A stretch of 64,000 bases of DNA, taken from positions 22,816,963 to 22,880,962 of the forward strand of contig JAUZTB010000066.1 of NCBI GenBank assembly GCA_034780895.1, given 5' to 3'. Source of the DNA: Rhynchobatus australiae (Eukaryota). This document shows, in pieces, positions 24,349-35,327 of the stretch. The translations under genes and the position numbers were made by a program. The notes beneath the pieces were generated by a model that was given only the letters and a program-made list of their open reading frames with translations, made no database searches and was not told the origin of the DNA. Every line of letters starts with the position of its first letter. The first letter of the stretch is position 1.

Positions 24349-24752
24349 AGTTGTGCAATCAAGACTCATTCTGAAGAAATGGGCACAAAAATCTAGCCTG
24401 ACACCTCCAAACAGTACCAAGGATGTGTTCCTTATTGGAGGAGCTGTCTTTCTGATGAGATGTTAAACCAAGGACCTGATTGCTCTCTCAAGTAGACACA
24501 AAGAAATCAGGTAGCTTTATTTTGAAGATGAGTTGTATCATGTTTTATGGCTGTTATTTATCCTTTGATTAACATATCTGAAACTGATTACCTGGTCATT
24601 ATCAGATCATTGTTTGTCACAGCTTGCCACATGCACACCAACTTCCTCATTTCTGATATTACAGTAGTGACTATGCTTCAGAAATACTTTGTTAGCTTTA
24701 AAACACATTAGAACATTGTGAAAGGGAAGTGAAAATACAAAATAAATGTATG
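24349..24752 (+). mobile_element. DeuSINE (SacSINE1-like) body and tail
   Basis: gcacaaaaatctagcctgacac..gtctttctgatgagatgttaaaccaagg..tatttatcctttgattaacat..ctggtcattatca, resembling the Deu domain. Confidence 0.85.
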
Positions 24753-25107
24753 TTAACCTTTTTATCCTTTAAGTTTAGAAAATCACAACTCTCCCTTTAA
24801 TTGGTGTTCGCACACATATACTTCGAGGAGAGTTTCTGATGAGTACTTGGGTTTCAAGGTCCCAAATAATTTTCTCTGGCTTCTGCCTGGGTAGTGAAAC
24901 TGAACAAAAGGATTCTCATACTGCCCTGGCTGAGATCACCAAGGTAGACATAATATTGGTACTGTTTAATATTTGTGCTCCCACTTCCTTATGCAACTGG
25001 CAACAGCCTCATAGTAAATCTTCAGATTTGGTAAGAAATGCTTCCAGTTTTGTTCCTAGGTCTATTTGGGTTACCAGCCTTCGCATATCTTTCAGGTTTA
25101 TCTTTCT

Positions 25108-25260
25108 CAAACAAAAACAGAAAATGATGGAAACATTCATCAGGTCAGGCAGCATCTGTGGAGAGAAACAGTCAGTGTTTCAGGTTCCTTCTTCAGGATC
25201 TGAGCTGCTGAGTGTTTTCAGTGTTTTCTGTTTATGTTTCAGATTTCCAGCGTTTTTTTA
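25108..25260. mobile_element. Minimal Penelope-derived fold-back with a minus-strand hammerhead core
   Basis: aaacagaaaatgatggaaacattcatcaggtcag .. ctgagctgctgagtgttttcagtgttttctgttt; minus-strand ctgaaga-agg-aa-cct-gaaa at 25178-25196. Confidence 0.75.
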
Positions 25261-25439
25261 TTTTCCTTCAGGTTTATTTTGCTGGTGGGGCGAGCTTTGC
25301 ACTTTGTAACATTTATCTGGGGGACTAATGTTCCAACAAATGGATTAAATATTTAAAAATAACAAGCAGCCCAGCAATGGCAACACATCTGCCCTGCTGA
25401 CACTTGATATACACTCTAGAGTACAGACCAGCGTGTCAT

Positions 25440-25900
25440 ACATAATTAAAGGAAACAAAAGATACTATTAGAGCAGCTAAAAGGTCACAAGAGAAAAAGG
25501 ATAGTGGACCAATGCAGCAGCAATGCTAATATCAGAGGGTCATTAAAGATTATTGGGCCACTGAAAGGCACCCTGAGACAGATTCAGTGGGGTCACTTGA
25601 TGTGATCGGTATATTAACTGATTACTTTGCATAAGTATTTACACTTGAAATTGTCATTCAACTAAAGAAAACCAAGTTTAACTGTAAGCAACATCGCTGT
25701 ATGTCTTGAAATTAGTCAAGATTATCCTTGTAGGTTGATTAAGGAAACACAGATTTGGACTGCTATTAAGAAGATGTCCGTAAAAGCCTTTGGAATAGAC
25801 AAAGTGTTTTGAGAAATGTTTGCTCACATTATAGCCTGTGAGAGCCAGGGACTGTTCCTTAAACTGGAAGGACGTTCAATTGGCTTGACCTCTTATTTAT
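25440..25900 (+). mobile_element. Old CR1 ORF2 fragment (pre-RT region)
   Basis: IRAAKRSQEK, IGPLK and ILTDYFA*VFT motifs in the expected order. Confidence 0.6.
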
Positions 25901-26399
25901 ATTAATTTGTTCATGGCATGTGATACACTGAGTTAGGCNNNNNNNNNNNNNNNNNNNNNNNNNNNNNNNNNNNNNNNNNNNNNNNNNNNNNNNNNNNNNN
26001 NNNNNNNNNNNNNNNNNNNNNNNNNNNNNNNNNNNNNNNNNNNNNNNNNNNNNNNNNNNNNNNNNNNNNNNNNNNNNNNNNNNNNNNNNNNNNNNNNNNN
26101 NNNNNNNNNNNNNNNNNNNNNNNNNNNNNNNNNNNNNNNNNNNNNNNNNNNNNNNNNNNNNNNNNNNNNNNNNNNNNNNNNNNNNNNNNNNNNNNNNNNN
26201 NNNNNNNNNNNNNNNNNNNNNNNNNNNNNNNNNNNNNNNNNNNNNNNNNNNNNNNNNNNNNNNNNNNNNNNNNNNNNNNNNNNNNNNNNNNNNNNNNNNN
26301 NNNNNNNNNNNNNNNNNNNNNNNNNNNNNNNNNNNNNNNNNNNNNNNNNNNNNNNNNNNNNNNNNNNNNNNNNNNNNNNNNNNNNNNNCTGTGTTATGA

Positions 26400-26632
26400 A
26401 AGCACAACCTCTATCTCTACAGATATTCAACAACAACTGGAGTTATTGAGCTGGCATTGACTTTAAGGTTCTGGTGCTGGTCCTCACCGTCGAGTTCATC
26501 TTCATGTCAATAAGTTTTTTATCTGTGGCCACTGATCAAACTGGAGCACAGCACATTGTGGTAGAATACACAAGTGTGAGAGCTGAGACCCATAATATCT
26601 CTGCGTCAGCACCCCTGCCTGTGACCTTGCAG
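26400..26632 (-). mobile_element. Ingi/Vingi-clade LINE fragment
   Basis: One frame: GADAEILWVSALTLVYSTTMCCAPV*SVATDKKLIDMKMNSTVRTSTRTLKSMPAQ*LQLLLNI; both stops fall where Vingi has Trp. Confidence 0.75.
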
Positions 26633-26875
26633 ATTAGATAAATTTAGGAAGGATGGCATACTTCCTTACTAAAAGATAAGATTGAATCAGATGGATTGTA
26701 ATGACCATCTGATTGTTTCATGGTCAGTTTCAATTACACTTGCTTTATAATTCTAGATTTATTTCAGTTCCTTAAATTTAAGTTCCCAGACATAGTGGTA
26801 GGTTTCAAACTCATATCTCTGGTGAATAGTTTATTGTTCAGTTGGTAGTCCAGTAACATAACTACAATGCCACTG
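26633..26875 (-). mobile_element. tRNA-SINE, family of 59790-60635
   Basis: aaggatggcatacttcct..cagatggattgtaatgac..tttcatggtca..ggtaggtttcaaactc..tagtccagtaacataactacaatgccac. Confidence 0.65.
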
Positions 26876-26959
26876 GAGCCCAGCTGAACCAAGAAACTGT
26901 AGCCTAATCATTTTGACCTTTTTGGATAAAATGCTGAAAAAAGTCAAAAATTCTAAAGC

Positions 26960-27281
26960 TATAGAATTATATTGCAAAGGAACAGGCCCTTCTGCCCACT
27001 GAGTCCATACTGACTATCAAGCATCCATGCTGAATTTATTCTCTCATCATTCCCATCAACTCCCTTCAGATTTTATCACTCACCTGCAGACTAGGGGCAA
27101 TTGACCTACCAACCCACATGTCTTTGTGATGTGGGAAGAATACCAGAGCATCTGATGGGAACTCACGCAGTCACAGGGAAAATGTACAAGTTCCACACAG
27201 AGTGCACTGAAGGTCAGGATTGATCCTGGGTCACTGGAGCTGAGAGGCAGCAGCTCTACGAACTGTCCCACTGTGCCACCC
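26960..27281 (-). mobile_element. V-SINE with CR1-type tail
   Basis: aacaggcccttctgcccac tail, tgtgggaagaataccagagcatctg V domain, aggattgatcctgggtc B box. Confidence 0.85.
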
Positions 27282-27289
27282 ATTGCAAT

Positions 27290-28000
27290 CAACCAGATCA
27301 AGAAAGAGCTTTCAAGAACTTTCAACACAGCATCTGGAAAAGTAGGTCATTTCAAACTGTTATCATTGAATTCTTTGAAGAAGTCACAAGATTAATACAC
27401 GAGGATTGACATTGCCTGCCTCGATATTCAGAAATTCTTTGACAGAATACCTCTAAAAGATAGAATCTTGTGGAATCAGTGACAATCTTCCAACAGTGGA
27501 TGGCGACTCGATTACATGCCTGCAGGCAAAACTCAATGGTTGTGGGTTTGGCTTGGAGACCAGTTTCCACAAGAAATAAACTTTGGGCCACCTGTCCATA
27601 TTAATGACAAGATGATCATGGTGGAGAATGATCCACAAGTTTGTGATTGATAGAGAGATTTGCATTAGTGTTGGATCTGCTGGGGTGTCTGAACTGCAGG
27701 CAGATCTTGAAGACTGGAGGGAATGGGTCTGCTGTTTGCAATTGTTTAGTACAGGCAAATTAAACTTTATGCACATGAGCAAATGCTAAGTATGCATATG
27801 CTTTGCATGGAACAATACTAAAGCTTGTGGCTTTTCAGAAAAATGGCTATGATAGTACACAACCTAGGAGATGTATGACCAGTGCAGTGAAAAGAGGTTC
27901 CAGGCTGCATCTACAAGGTTTTAAGTGTAAAATGAAACATGCCATTGTGTTCCAATATATGACCTTGGTTAGACCTTCTTAACCATTCTGATAAGCAGAA
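27290..28000 (+). mobile_element. Old CR1 RT fragment, continuation of 25440-25900
   Basis: QHSIWKSRSFQTVIIEFFEEVTR from 27323, then IDIACLDIQKFFDRIP, and TLVRP near 27960. Confidence 0.8.
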
Positions 28001-28947
28001 AAAAATCTGGATAAATATGCTTTTGTGAAGTGTAGACTTGGGCCAATTGTGCTGAAATATGTGATGTAAATTTGATGAAAAATGTGATGGAACTAGATTC
28101 TGTTCACAATGACAGTTTTTATTTAATTTACTTGGGGACAGCTGGATGGCATGCAAAAATCTGCAAAAACCTGGAAGTGAAAGAAAGATAAATTATAAAT
28201 TGGGACACTCCATAGTATATAAGAAATGTGGTTGTTAGATGATTTTCCCTTCCTGGGAAAGCAGCCTGGGAGAAGTTGTTGCTAGTTTGTGCATTATACT
28301 TTGATTCACTGTCTGATTTTTAAATGAGAGCTAGCTGGGGCAGCTATCACATCATACAAGAGGTAGTTACTAAATAATATGTCACGGTCAGTGTGGTCTC
28401 CTTAAATAGTTTCAAATGCCAAGGGGAATCTGAGTAGCTTTCTGTGTTTTTGCTCCTTAATTGGCTGTGGGTTTTTTGAGTGTTTATTTTTCACCTCTCA
28501 TGGGAGATGTCATTGCTCCTGGTGCAAAAGGGAGAGCCTTAATCTTGATGCATATGACAGCCCAGTCCAACATTTTCTTATCCATCCATGTTTATGTGTA
28601 CTTTGTCACTGAAGAAGTTAACCATCTTTTATAACCACTTGTTTCAGAAATCATCCTAAAATATTTTCAATAACAATTTCAACTCCCCTAAATAACATTT
28701 GCTTTATAAATTAGAGCTCAAATTCTATATTTTAAGAGAAACATTTGCAGAGAAAATGTGATGAAAAATCAGAGAACATGGTAATAAGGTAACATTTTCA
28801 AAGAGGAATTGAATGGCATAATTTTGTACTATATGATTCCAGTTGTTCATATAATCTTGGGTTGCTTTTAACTCATTTTTCTTATTGTATTCAATTTCCA
28901 AAGGGAGCATTTTGACAAGGGAATTACTGGGCTTTATACATTTAACC

Positions 28948-29235
28948 TTTGGCTTGACTCAGGGGTAGCATACTCATCTCTGAACAAGAAGTCATGAGTT
29001 CAAACATCAGTCCATTTCCGATGACCCTTGCCTGTTTGGGCAGATAAATGAGATTGGGGCCCTTTATGTGAGAAGTTAGTGGACATTTATCCTTCAACAA
29101 TTTGCCAAAACAAACTCAGTCTTGCAAGGTAAAAATTGAAGGTGACATTGACTGCAACTCAAAAGTGATTAATTGTTTGCTCTGTACATTACATTGTCCT
29201 GAGGATGTGAAAAGTATTCCAGGAATATATCTTTT
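28948..29235 (+). mobile_element. Decayed DeuSINE
   Basis: gactcaggggtagcatactcatctctgaacaagaagtcatgagttcaa head; catttatccttcaacaa; tail gtcctgaggatgtgaaaag. Confidence 0.65.
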
Positions 29236-29514
29236 TTATTGCGATCTGTCTAAGTAACAAGTTACACTAACCAACAACTCCATTATCTAATCTGTTCCCT
29301 GAATGAAATGTTGGTGGTCTACTAATTGAGGCAAAATCACATACACAAATATGAAAAGTAAATTTATTCAATGTGGAACATGGGAATCACTCCCCACCTT
29401 GGTTATTGCCTGTGAACCTATCCCTGGGAGCTTGTAAACAAGATTCCACTTCAATGAACAAAAGATGGCTCCACAAACTTGCCAAACTAAAATAGTTGCA
29501 GGATCTGGGCACCA

Positions 29515-29810
29515 CATATAAAGCTGGCATGTCTTGACCATCCTTGGTTGCCCTAAGAATTTGGTGGTGTGTTACTTTCTTGAGGTGCTTTAATCTTCAT
29601 GCTGAATGTGCTCCCACAGTGTTGTGTGGGAGGGAGTTCCAGGACTTTGACCCAGTGGAATGAAGGAAATGTGAGTTATGACATTGTATGAATGTGATGG
29701 TGGTGGTCATCCCATGCAGCTGCCCCTGTTCTTCTCATTGGATGGCTTCAAAGGTAACACTGAAGAAACCTTAGTGATTTATTACAACACCTCCTATTGA
29801 CAGGATACAG
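29515..29810 (-). mobile_element. CR1-clade family B 3' fragment
   Basis: ccatccttggttgccctaagaatttggtggtg..gggagggagttccaggactttgacccag, similar to 55300-55655 and the start of 22641. Confidence 0.75.
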
Positions 29811-31214
29811 GGCACTTCTCAGCAAAAGGACCATACGTGTTTCTTTTTCTCTCCTATATTAAGACCACTGTGCGCAAATATTATCTACCACTTCTTTTCA
29901 CGGGTTGGGTGGGGAGCAATAAAACACTATCATCATCCTGCCTGCAAGCCACCAGTTAATATCACAACAGATGAAAAGAGCTGAATTCTATGTGGAGAAT
30001 GTTGCCCTTCTTCATGATTTCATTTGTAACTTTCAATTTTTAAAGTAATCAATAACAAACTAAAGACTCCCATCTTCAAATTGTGGTAAGTTATTTTATC
30101 CAGCAAAGCACCTGTATTTTCTTTGAGTATTATAACGAGTTTCCTTTACCCATGCACATTCCAATAGTCAGCATTTCACTGGAGGCTCTGGGGATGTTTG
30201 CAAAAGAGCCTTCCTTCACCTTCTGCTCTGATGAAGACAATTGGGCAGTTCTGATTCCTTGCCATGTAAGAGTTGTTATCTGAGCTTTTTGTGCCTGAGG
30301 CCTTCCATGCATGATTTAAGTTGCTTTGTACATGTCAATAGGTGGAAAGCATTGGGTCTTGTGAAAAGTGAACTTGAATTCTCACAGATATATAAACAAG
30401 AGAATACTGCACTCTTATTTTTAAGGCCATTGCAGCTTTTACTGATGCTTAACAGCAAGTTTTGTGTGTTGCCAGCAGCAAGATGTTAGTACAGTGAGTG
30501 ATTTCATTCAACAAGGCCAGAGGCTTTGAGCTGAACCCATTGATACCTTGCACTCATGATCTCTTGTGGCAAGCATTATTCATGAAGCAGAAACTCTCCA
30601 CCATGATTATATTCTGCTCCATTGTCATTTGCTCACAGTATTTTTAAACATTTATGTTGTGCCTTACTCACTCAAATACTTATTTGGAAAGAACAATCTT
30701 TTGACCAGAATCTAAATTATTTGAACTGAGTTGATGCTCATGGGGATAAACATATGCTTCATTTGACTCACTCATTTTGGAGGTGTGCTGTCCATTTGCA
30801 AGATAAGTATTTGCGATATTGGCAACAGGACATAACTGGCAGACAAATCCCTGGTACCATGATAATTATATTGTACAGTTGTTCTGTTTACTTGCCCTCA
30901 CTTGGTTGAACCTGCTAACTCAGGCTGTGCCTCAGGGGGGTGATCCTTGGAGCTCCTTGTAAGAGTTGGGTTATCAGGACAACTTATGAGGAAATCATGC
31001 TTCTGGGTGCAATTGTTTGCCATGCTGTTGTGCTTCTTTCAGGGCTTTCATGTATCCTTCCTATGAAAGAGCAGGTATACAGAAGAGCAGGTAGAGTATG
31101 TACATAGAATTAATGTAATATTCAATCTGTGTCACATAATTAGTACCTGAGGGAGTGGAAATTGTCAGAAATAACCTTTTAAACTTTACTTCACTTTAAA
31201 CTTTATAAAACTTT

Positions 31215-31588
31215 ATATAGCATGGTAACAGGCCCTTCCAGCTCAGCCAGCCTGTGCCACCCAGTGACGCCCATGTTAACCAACTAACCCGTACGCCTTT
31301 GGAATGTGGGAGGAAACCAGAGCACCTTGAGGAAACCCACGCAGTAAAGGGGAGANNNNNNNNNNNNNNNNNNNNNNNNNNNNNNNNNNNNNNNNNNNNN
31401 NNNNNNNNNNNNNNNNNNNNNNNNNNNNNNNNNNNNNNNNNNNNNNNNNNNNNNNCCAGAGCACCTTGAGGAAACCCACGCAGTAAAGGGGAGAACGTCC
31501 AAACTCCTTACAGACAGTGGCCGGAATTGAACCCCGATCGCTGGCACTGTAATAGCGTCATGCTAACCGCTACACTATCATGCAGCCC
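31215..31588 (-). mobile_element. V-SINE with CR1-type tail (spans a gap)
   Basis: acaggcccttcc tail; tggaatgtgggaggaaaccagagcacc; ggaattgaaccc B box; gctaaccgctacacta A box. Confidence 0.88.
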
Positions 31589-32517
31589 ATTCCTCTCGTC
31601 CTCTCCTCGAGCTGTTGGCTTTGTCAATAATTTTCCTAAAAGGTTATTATTTGTGTGTGAACTTTGATAATGAGTATGCACCTGCAAGGAATACTGCAAC
31701 ACAGCTATGTACTGTTCACTACATAGTTCTTGAAATAGATATTGGCCTCACGGTGATCAGGAAATGGACCTTTCCTTGTTCCAGGTACAGACTGGTAAAT
31801 AAATATGGGATCTTCCTGGTTTTAATGGTTTAATTACTCACCACCTTAATAAGCTATGAATTACCTTGTATTTTAATCCCTCATTAAAATATAAACATTG
31901 CCTCAAAATTCTACAGCTCTGGTATTAGAGAAGGAGTTTATCTTTTGTTCCCCACTCTAAATATCTGTCATAGAAGAAGTGTCATGAACAATCATATGCA
32001 ATCATTTCTTTTGGTTAAAATTAACAATGAGATCAATGTCTTGCAAAAAGTGTAATGAATAATTTAATTAGAGATTAGAATTGTTAAAATTTAAGGAAAC
32101 CTTGCAACAAATAATATAGTTACTAAAAGACAGCGAGCATTGGAAGCACATTACAAATGAAGAACATGTAGTTCTTTGCCTCAGCATTGGAAAGAATGGT
32201 TTATAACTCATCTGGTCTGAGTTTAGGTTAATGTTATCTGAACTAACAACTTATGGTCAACACAGTCCCCGAACATTGCAAGTCTTCGAATATACAGTTA
32301 ATCAATTTTGTAATTAAATGTTGAATTACTTCCCAGTGAAAGGACGTAGATTTATAAGGCATTTTATTATATCTCTCAGAGAGCTTGACATAGAATTAAA
32401 TTGTTTGAAGACCAGTGAATGTGTTTTGTGGGAATGCCTTGCAACTGTTTTGTGCTTAAAACATTACATCTTTAGTATTGTTAGCTGGCCAAGAAACCAG
32501 GAGAACTAGTCTTCAGA

Positions 32518-32632
32518 TATTTCCATGGGAACTTGAAAGTTCAAGTGATTTACTGAAACAGGCTCATGGATGTCTGATATCTCATTTGAAGTACCGCTTT
32601 GGTACTGCATTGCACTGTCAGCCTAGATCAGA
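32518..32632 (-). mobile_element. DeuSINE fragment
   Basis: atctcatttgaag..gtactgcattgcactgtcagcctagat is the reverse complement of 24390-24465. Confidence 0.5.
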
Positions 32633-34089
32633 CGCATGACTACATTGCAGTGAAAGTACTTCTTGATCTTGAAAAAGCAAAATGTAGGGCATGGACACCA
32701 CAAGACCAAATAAGTTAGTTCTTCCTGGACTTAGCCTACTGCCTAGATTCAATACTTGTGGTGCCTGCCTAACAGGACTTGCTCATTCCTTGTGGAGCTG
32801 TGGGCCGTCAGTCAGTTTAATTCAGTCCCTGATCCGTTGTTTAGCAAGCTAAGGTATCACAATAGAGAAGGAGCACCATCGCCAGTGTCATACAGCAATA
32901 CTTTTATGGTTAATAAGCAATAGAAAGATGAGCCAGTTTTCCCAGCTTTTGGACACTTTATTTAATCTTGACCAGCTGGTGGTAAAATACCTAAAGTGGA
33001 GATATACCATTGACTGACACACTGTAAACCACATTTTGAAAGCCATCAACTGAATCAAGGACAAGTTGAACAAAGAGCTGTGATGAAAATCTTTGTTCAG
33101 ACCTTGTGCTTGAGGAGGCTGGCTTTTTACAGGAATGTGAGTGATTTTTTGTTGATCTCCTGTGAAAGTATAAATAGAAGAAAGGATAGAATGAACCTGA
33201 TTGAGTGAACCTTGAATACATAGACCTCTTTTGGATTAGGATTGTGACTTTTCCCCACATGTCTTTACAGCTGAATAAAATCATTCTGAGGTTGCAAGGA
33301 ATGGTGAAGATGTTACCTGATCCAATTTCATAAACAAGCCTAAATTGTTTTGAGCATTTGATGGCAGAGATGTAAATTGATGCTGTTCCAGACCATAATT
33401 AAGACTTCTGAAATTAGTGCCAGAACCATAGAGATACCCACATTACAGAATGTGTTCATTTCTGTGCCTGACTGTTCCTTGTACAAGATACATTTGTTCT
33501 TGTTACAATAGAATAACTGATGAGCTGCTGGGATTATTGCCTGTGGTGGTCTTCATTATTTACAAAGGAAATTGGAGAATGGTGTTTCTTGTTTGTTCTT
33601 GCTGTTGTTAGGATTATTGCAATTTTTGGCAACTAAATCCTTTAATTATGACGCTGATAATTTTCTTCATGCAGCTATACAGTTAAAATGAATGCACCAT
33701 TGTATGTATTGAAAGAATTATGCCTGGCCCCATACAATTGCTAGGTCTTTTATACATAAGAGCGCTGGCCTCATATAGAACTAATGACCCAGTTTTGGTA
33801 GCACTCATGCAGACCCTGAGCTACATTGTTAAAGCTTGCAGGTCTCAGCCAATACTTAAAGTTTAGTGGCATCAGTCATTCCCATGTTGGTTCACACTGG
33901 CCATTATCTGCACATTACCATGGCATATCCCATGGGACACAGTAAAATAAACCTCACTATATCAGCTGAATGTTGTATCTTCCCCACATAGGAAAGCATT
34001 GCACTGTTTTGCTTCACCAAATGAAGATAAGAGCAATGTTAAAGATCAGCATATGCTGCAGAACTGAGGTTCCCCAACAAGATAAACTC

Positions 34090-34705
34090 TGACCATCCCT
34101 GCTTGACATTCAATGGCATTACCATCACCAAATCCTGCATTATCAACATTCAATGTGGTCACTGTTTAATAAGCTCTGCAATTACTGAACTACAAGAGCA
34201 GGTCTGGGTTGGATATTTTGCAGCTTCCTTACTTCCCAAAACTTTATAGTCACTTATCAGGAGTGTGAAGGAATACTCTGTGCTTGCCTGGATAAGTGCA
34301 GCTCCAATGTTATCCAAAACAAAGACCAGCATTCCATCAACGATCGTTAATCCTTCTGTCACTGGTGCATGGTTTCTGCACGTTGCACCATCTACACAAT
34401 ACACTGCAACAACTTGTCAAAGCTTCTTCACCATCACTTTCCAAATCTGTAACCTCTTGCATCTCGAAAGATAAGAGCAGAAGTGCACAGGAACCTGATT
34501 GCATCCAAGTTTCCCGCCAAGTCATGGACCAACTTGATTTTGAAATGGAGCATCATTCCTTCACCTGTCAAGATCCTGGAACTCCCACACAATAGTGATG
34601 TGAAAATAGCTTCACCACATGGACTAGATGACTTGCCATCACTTTCTTCAGGGCAGTTTGGCACAATTAATAAATGCAGGTCTTGCCAGTGAAGGAATAA
34701 ATAAA
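34090..34705 (+). mobile_element. CR1-clade family B 3' fragment
   Basis: LTFNGITI..RSVKEYSVLAWISAAP..CTIYTIHCNN..WNS; ends aataaatgcaggtcttgccagtga. Confidence 0.82.
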
Positions 34706-34941
34706 CTGTGAGAGATTTAATGGCATCANNNNNNNNNNNNNNNNNNNNNNNNNNNNNNNNNNNNNNNNNNNNNNNNNNNNNNNNNNNNNNNNNNNNNNNN
34801 NNNNNNNNNNNNNNNNNNNNNNNNNNNNGCCAGTGAAGGAATAAATAAACTGTGAGAGATTTAATGGCATCAGTTATTCCCTCAAGTTGATTTCACATTC
34901 CAATGGATAAGTAATGCAATGTGATTGAAAGTGCACACAGA

Positions 34942-35001
34942 AATTGGTATTGGTATTGATTTATTACTGTCACTTGTACCGAGGTACAGTGAAAAACTTG
35001 C
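34942..35001 (-). mobile_element. Very short Rex1/Babar tail
   Basis: attggtattgatttattactgtcacttgtaccgaggtacagtgaaaaactt is nearly identical to 41711-41755. Confidence 0.75.
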
Positions 35002-35214
35002 AAAGGACCCTTGCCTGTTCAAGGCCATAATACAGCAATATTCCAAGATGCCTGATGTCCTAAGACTTAAATGCATTAGAACTGACAGTCCCAGGCTCTG
35101 CATGCTGATTCCCACATAAACCATGTGGTCATCTTACCTCAGCAAATTATCACTCTGGTAGAGGGTGAAACTTGAAAGCTTTCTAAAAGGGTGAAACTTG
35201 AGAGAAAACTTGAA

Positions 35215-35327
35215 AGCTCTTCCACACCTTCCCCTGACTCCCTGATTTTCTCCTCCTCCTCTTCCTCAAATTTCTCCTTTGCTCTTTCTCTGATCTCTTT
35301 TGAGTCAGGGAAAGGTGTGGAAGAGCT
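35215..35327. repeat. Inverted repeat, 26-bp arms (25/26 match) with 61-nt pyrimidine-rich loop
   Basis: agctcttccacaccttcccctgactc (35215-35240) / gagtcagggaaaggtgtggaagagct (35302-35327). Confidence 0.92.

Noticed and set aside
24452-24475. ctgatgag motif as another hammerhead
   Set aside because: Part of the DeuSINE body; no stem II followed by GAAA
14270-26436. Long ORFs of 116-198 aa spanning the N-runs at 14342, 17392, 18251 and 25939
   Set aside because: Their length comes from the N-runs
31510-31588. tRNA-like A and B boxes
   Set aside because: SINE head joined to a V domain, with no full cloverleaf; the same applies to the other SINE heads
34685-34872. Exact 44-bp direct repeat either side of a 100-N gap
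   Set aside because: The same pattern occurs at other 100-N gaps (31317/31456, 43309/43418, 60931/61040, 62542/62657); most likely contig-overlap artefacts
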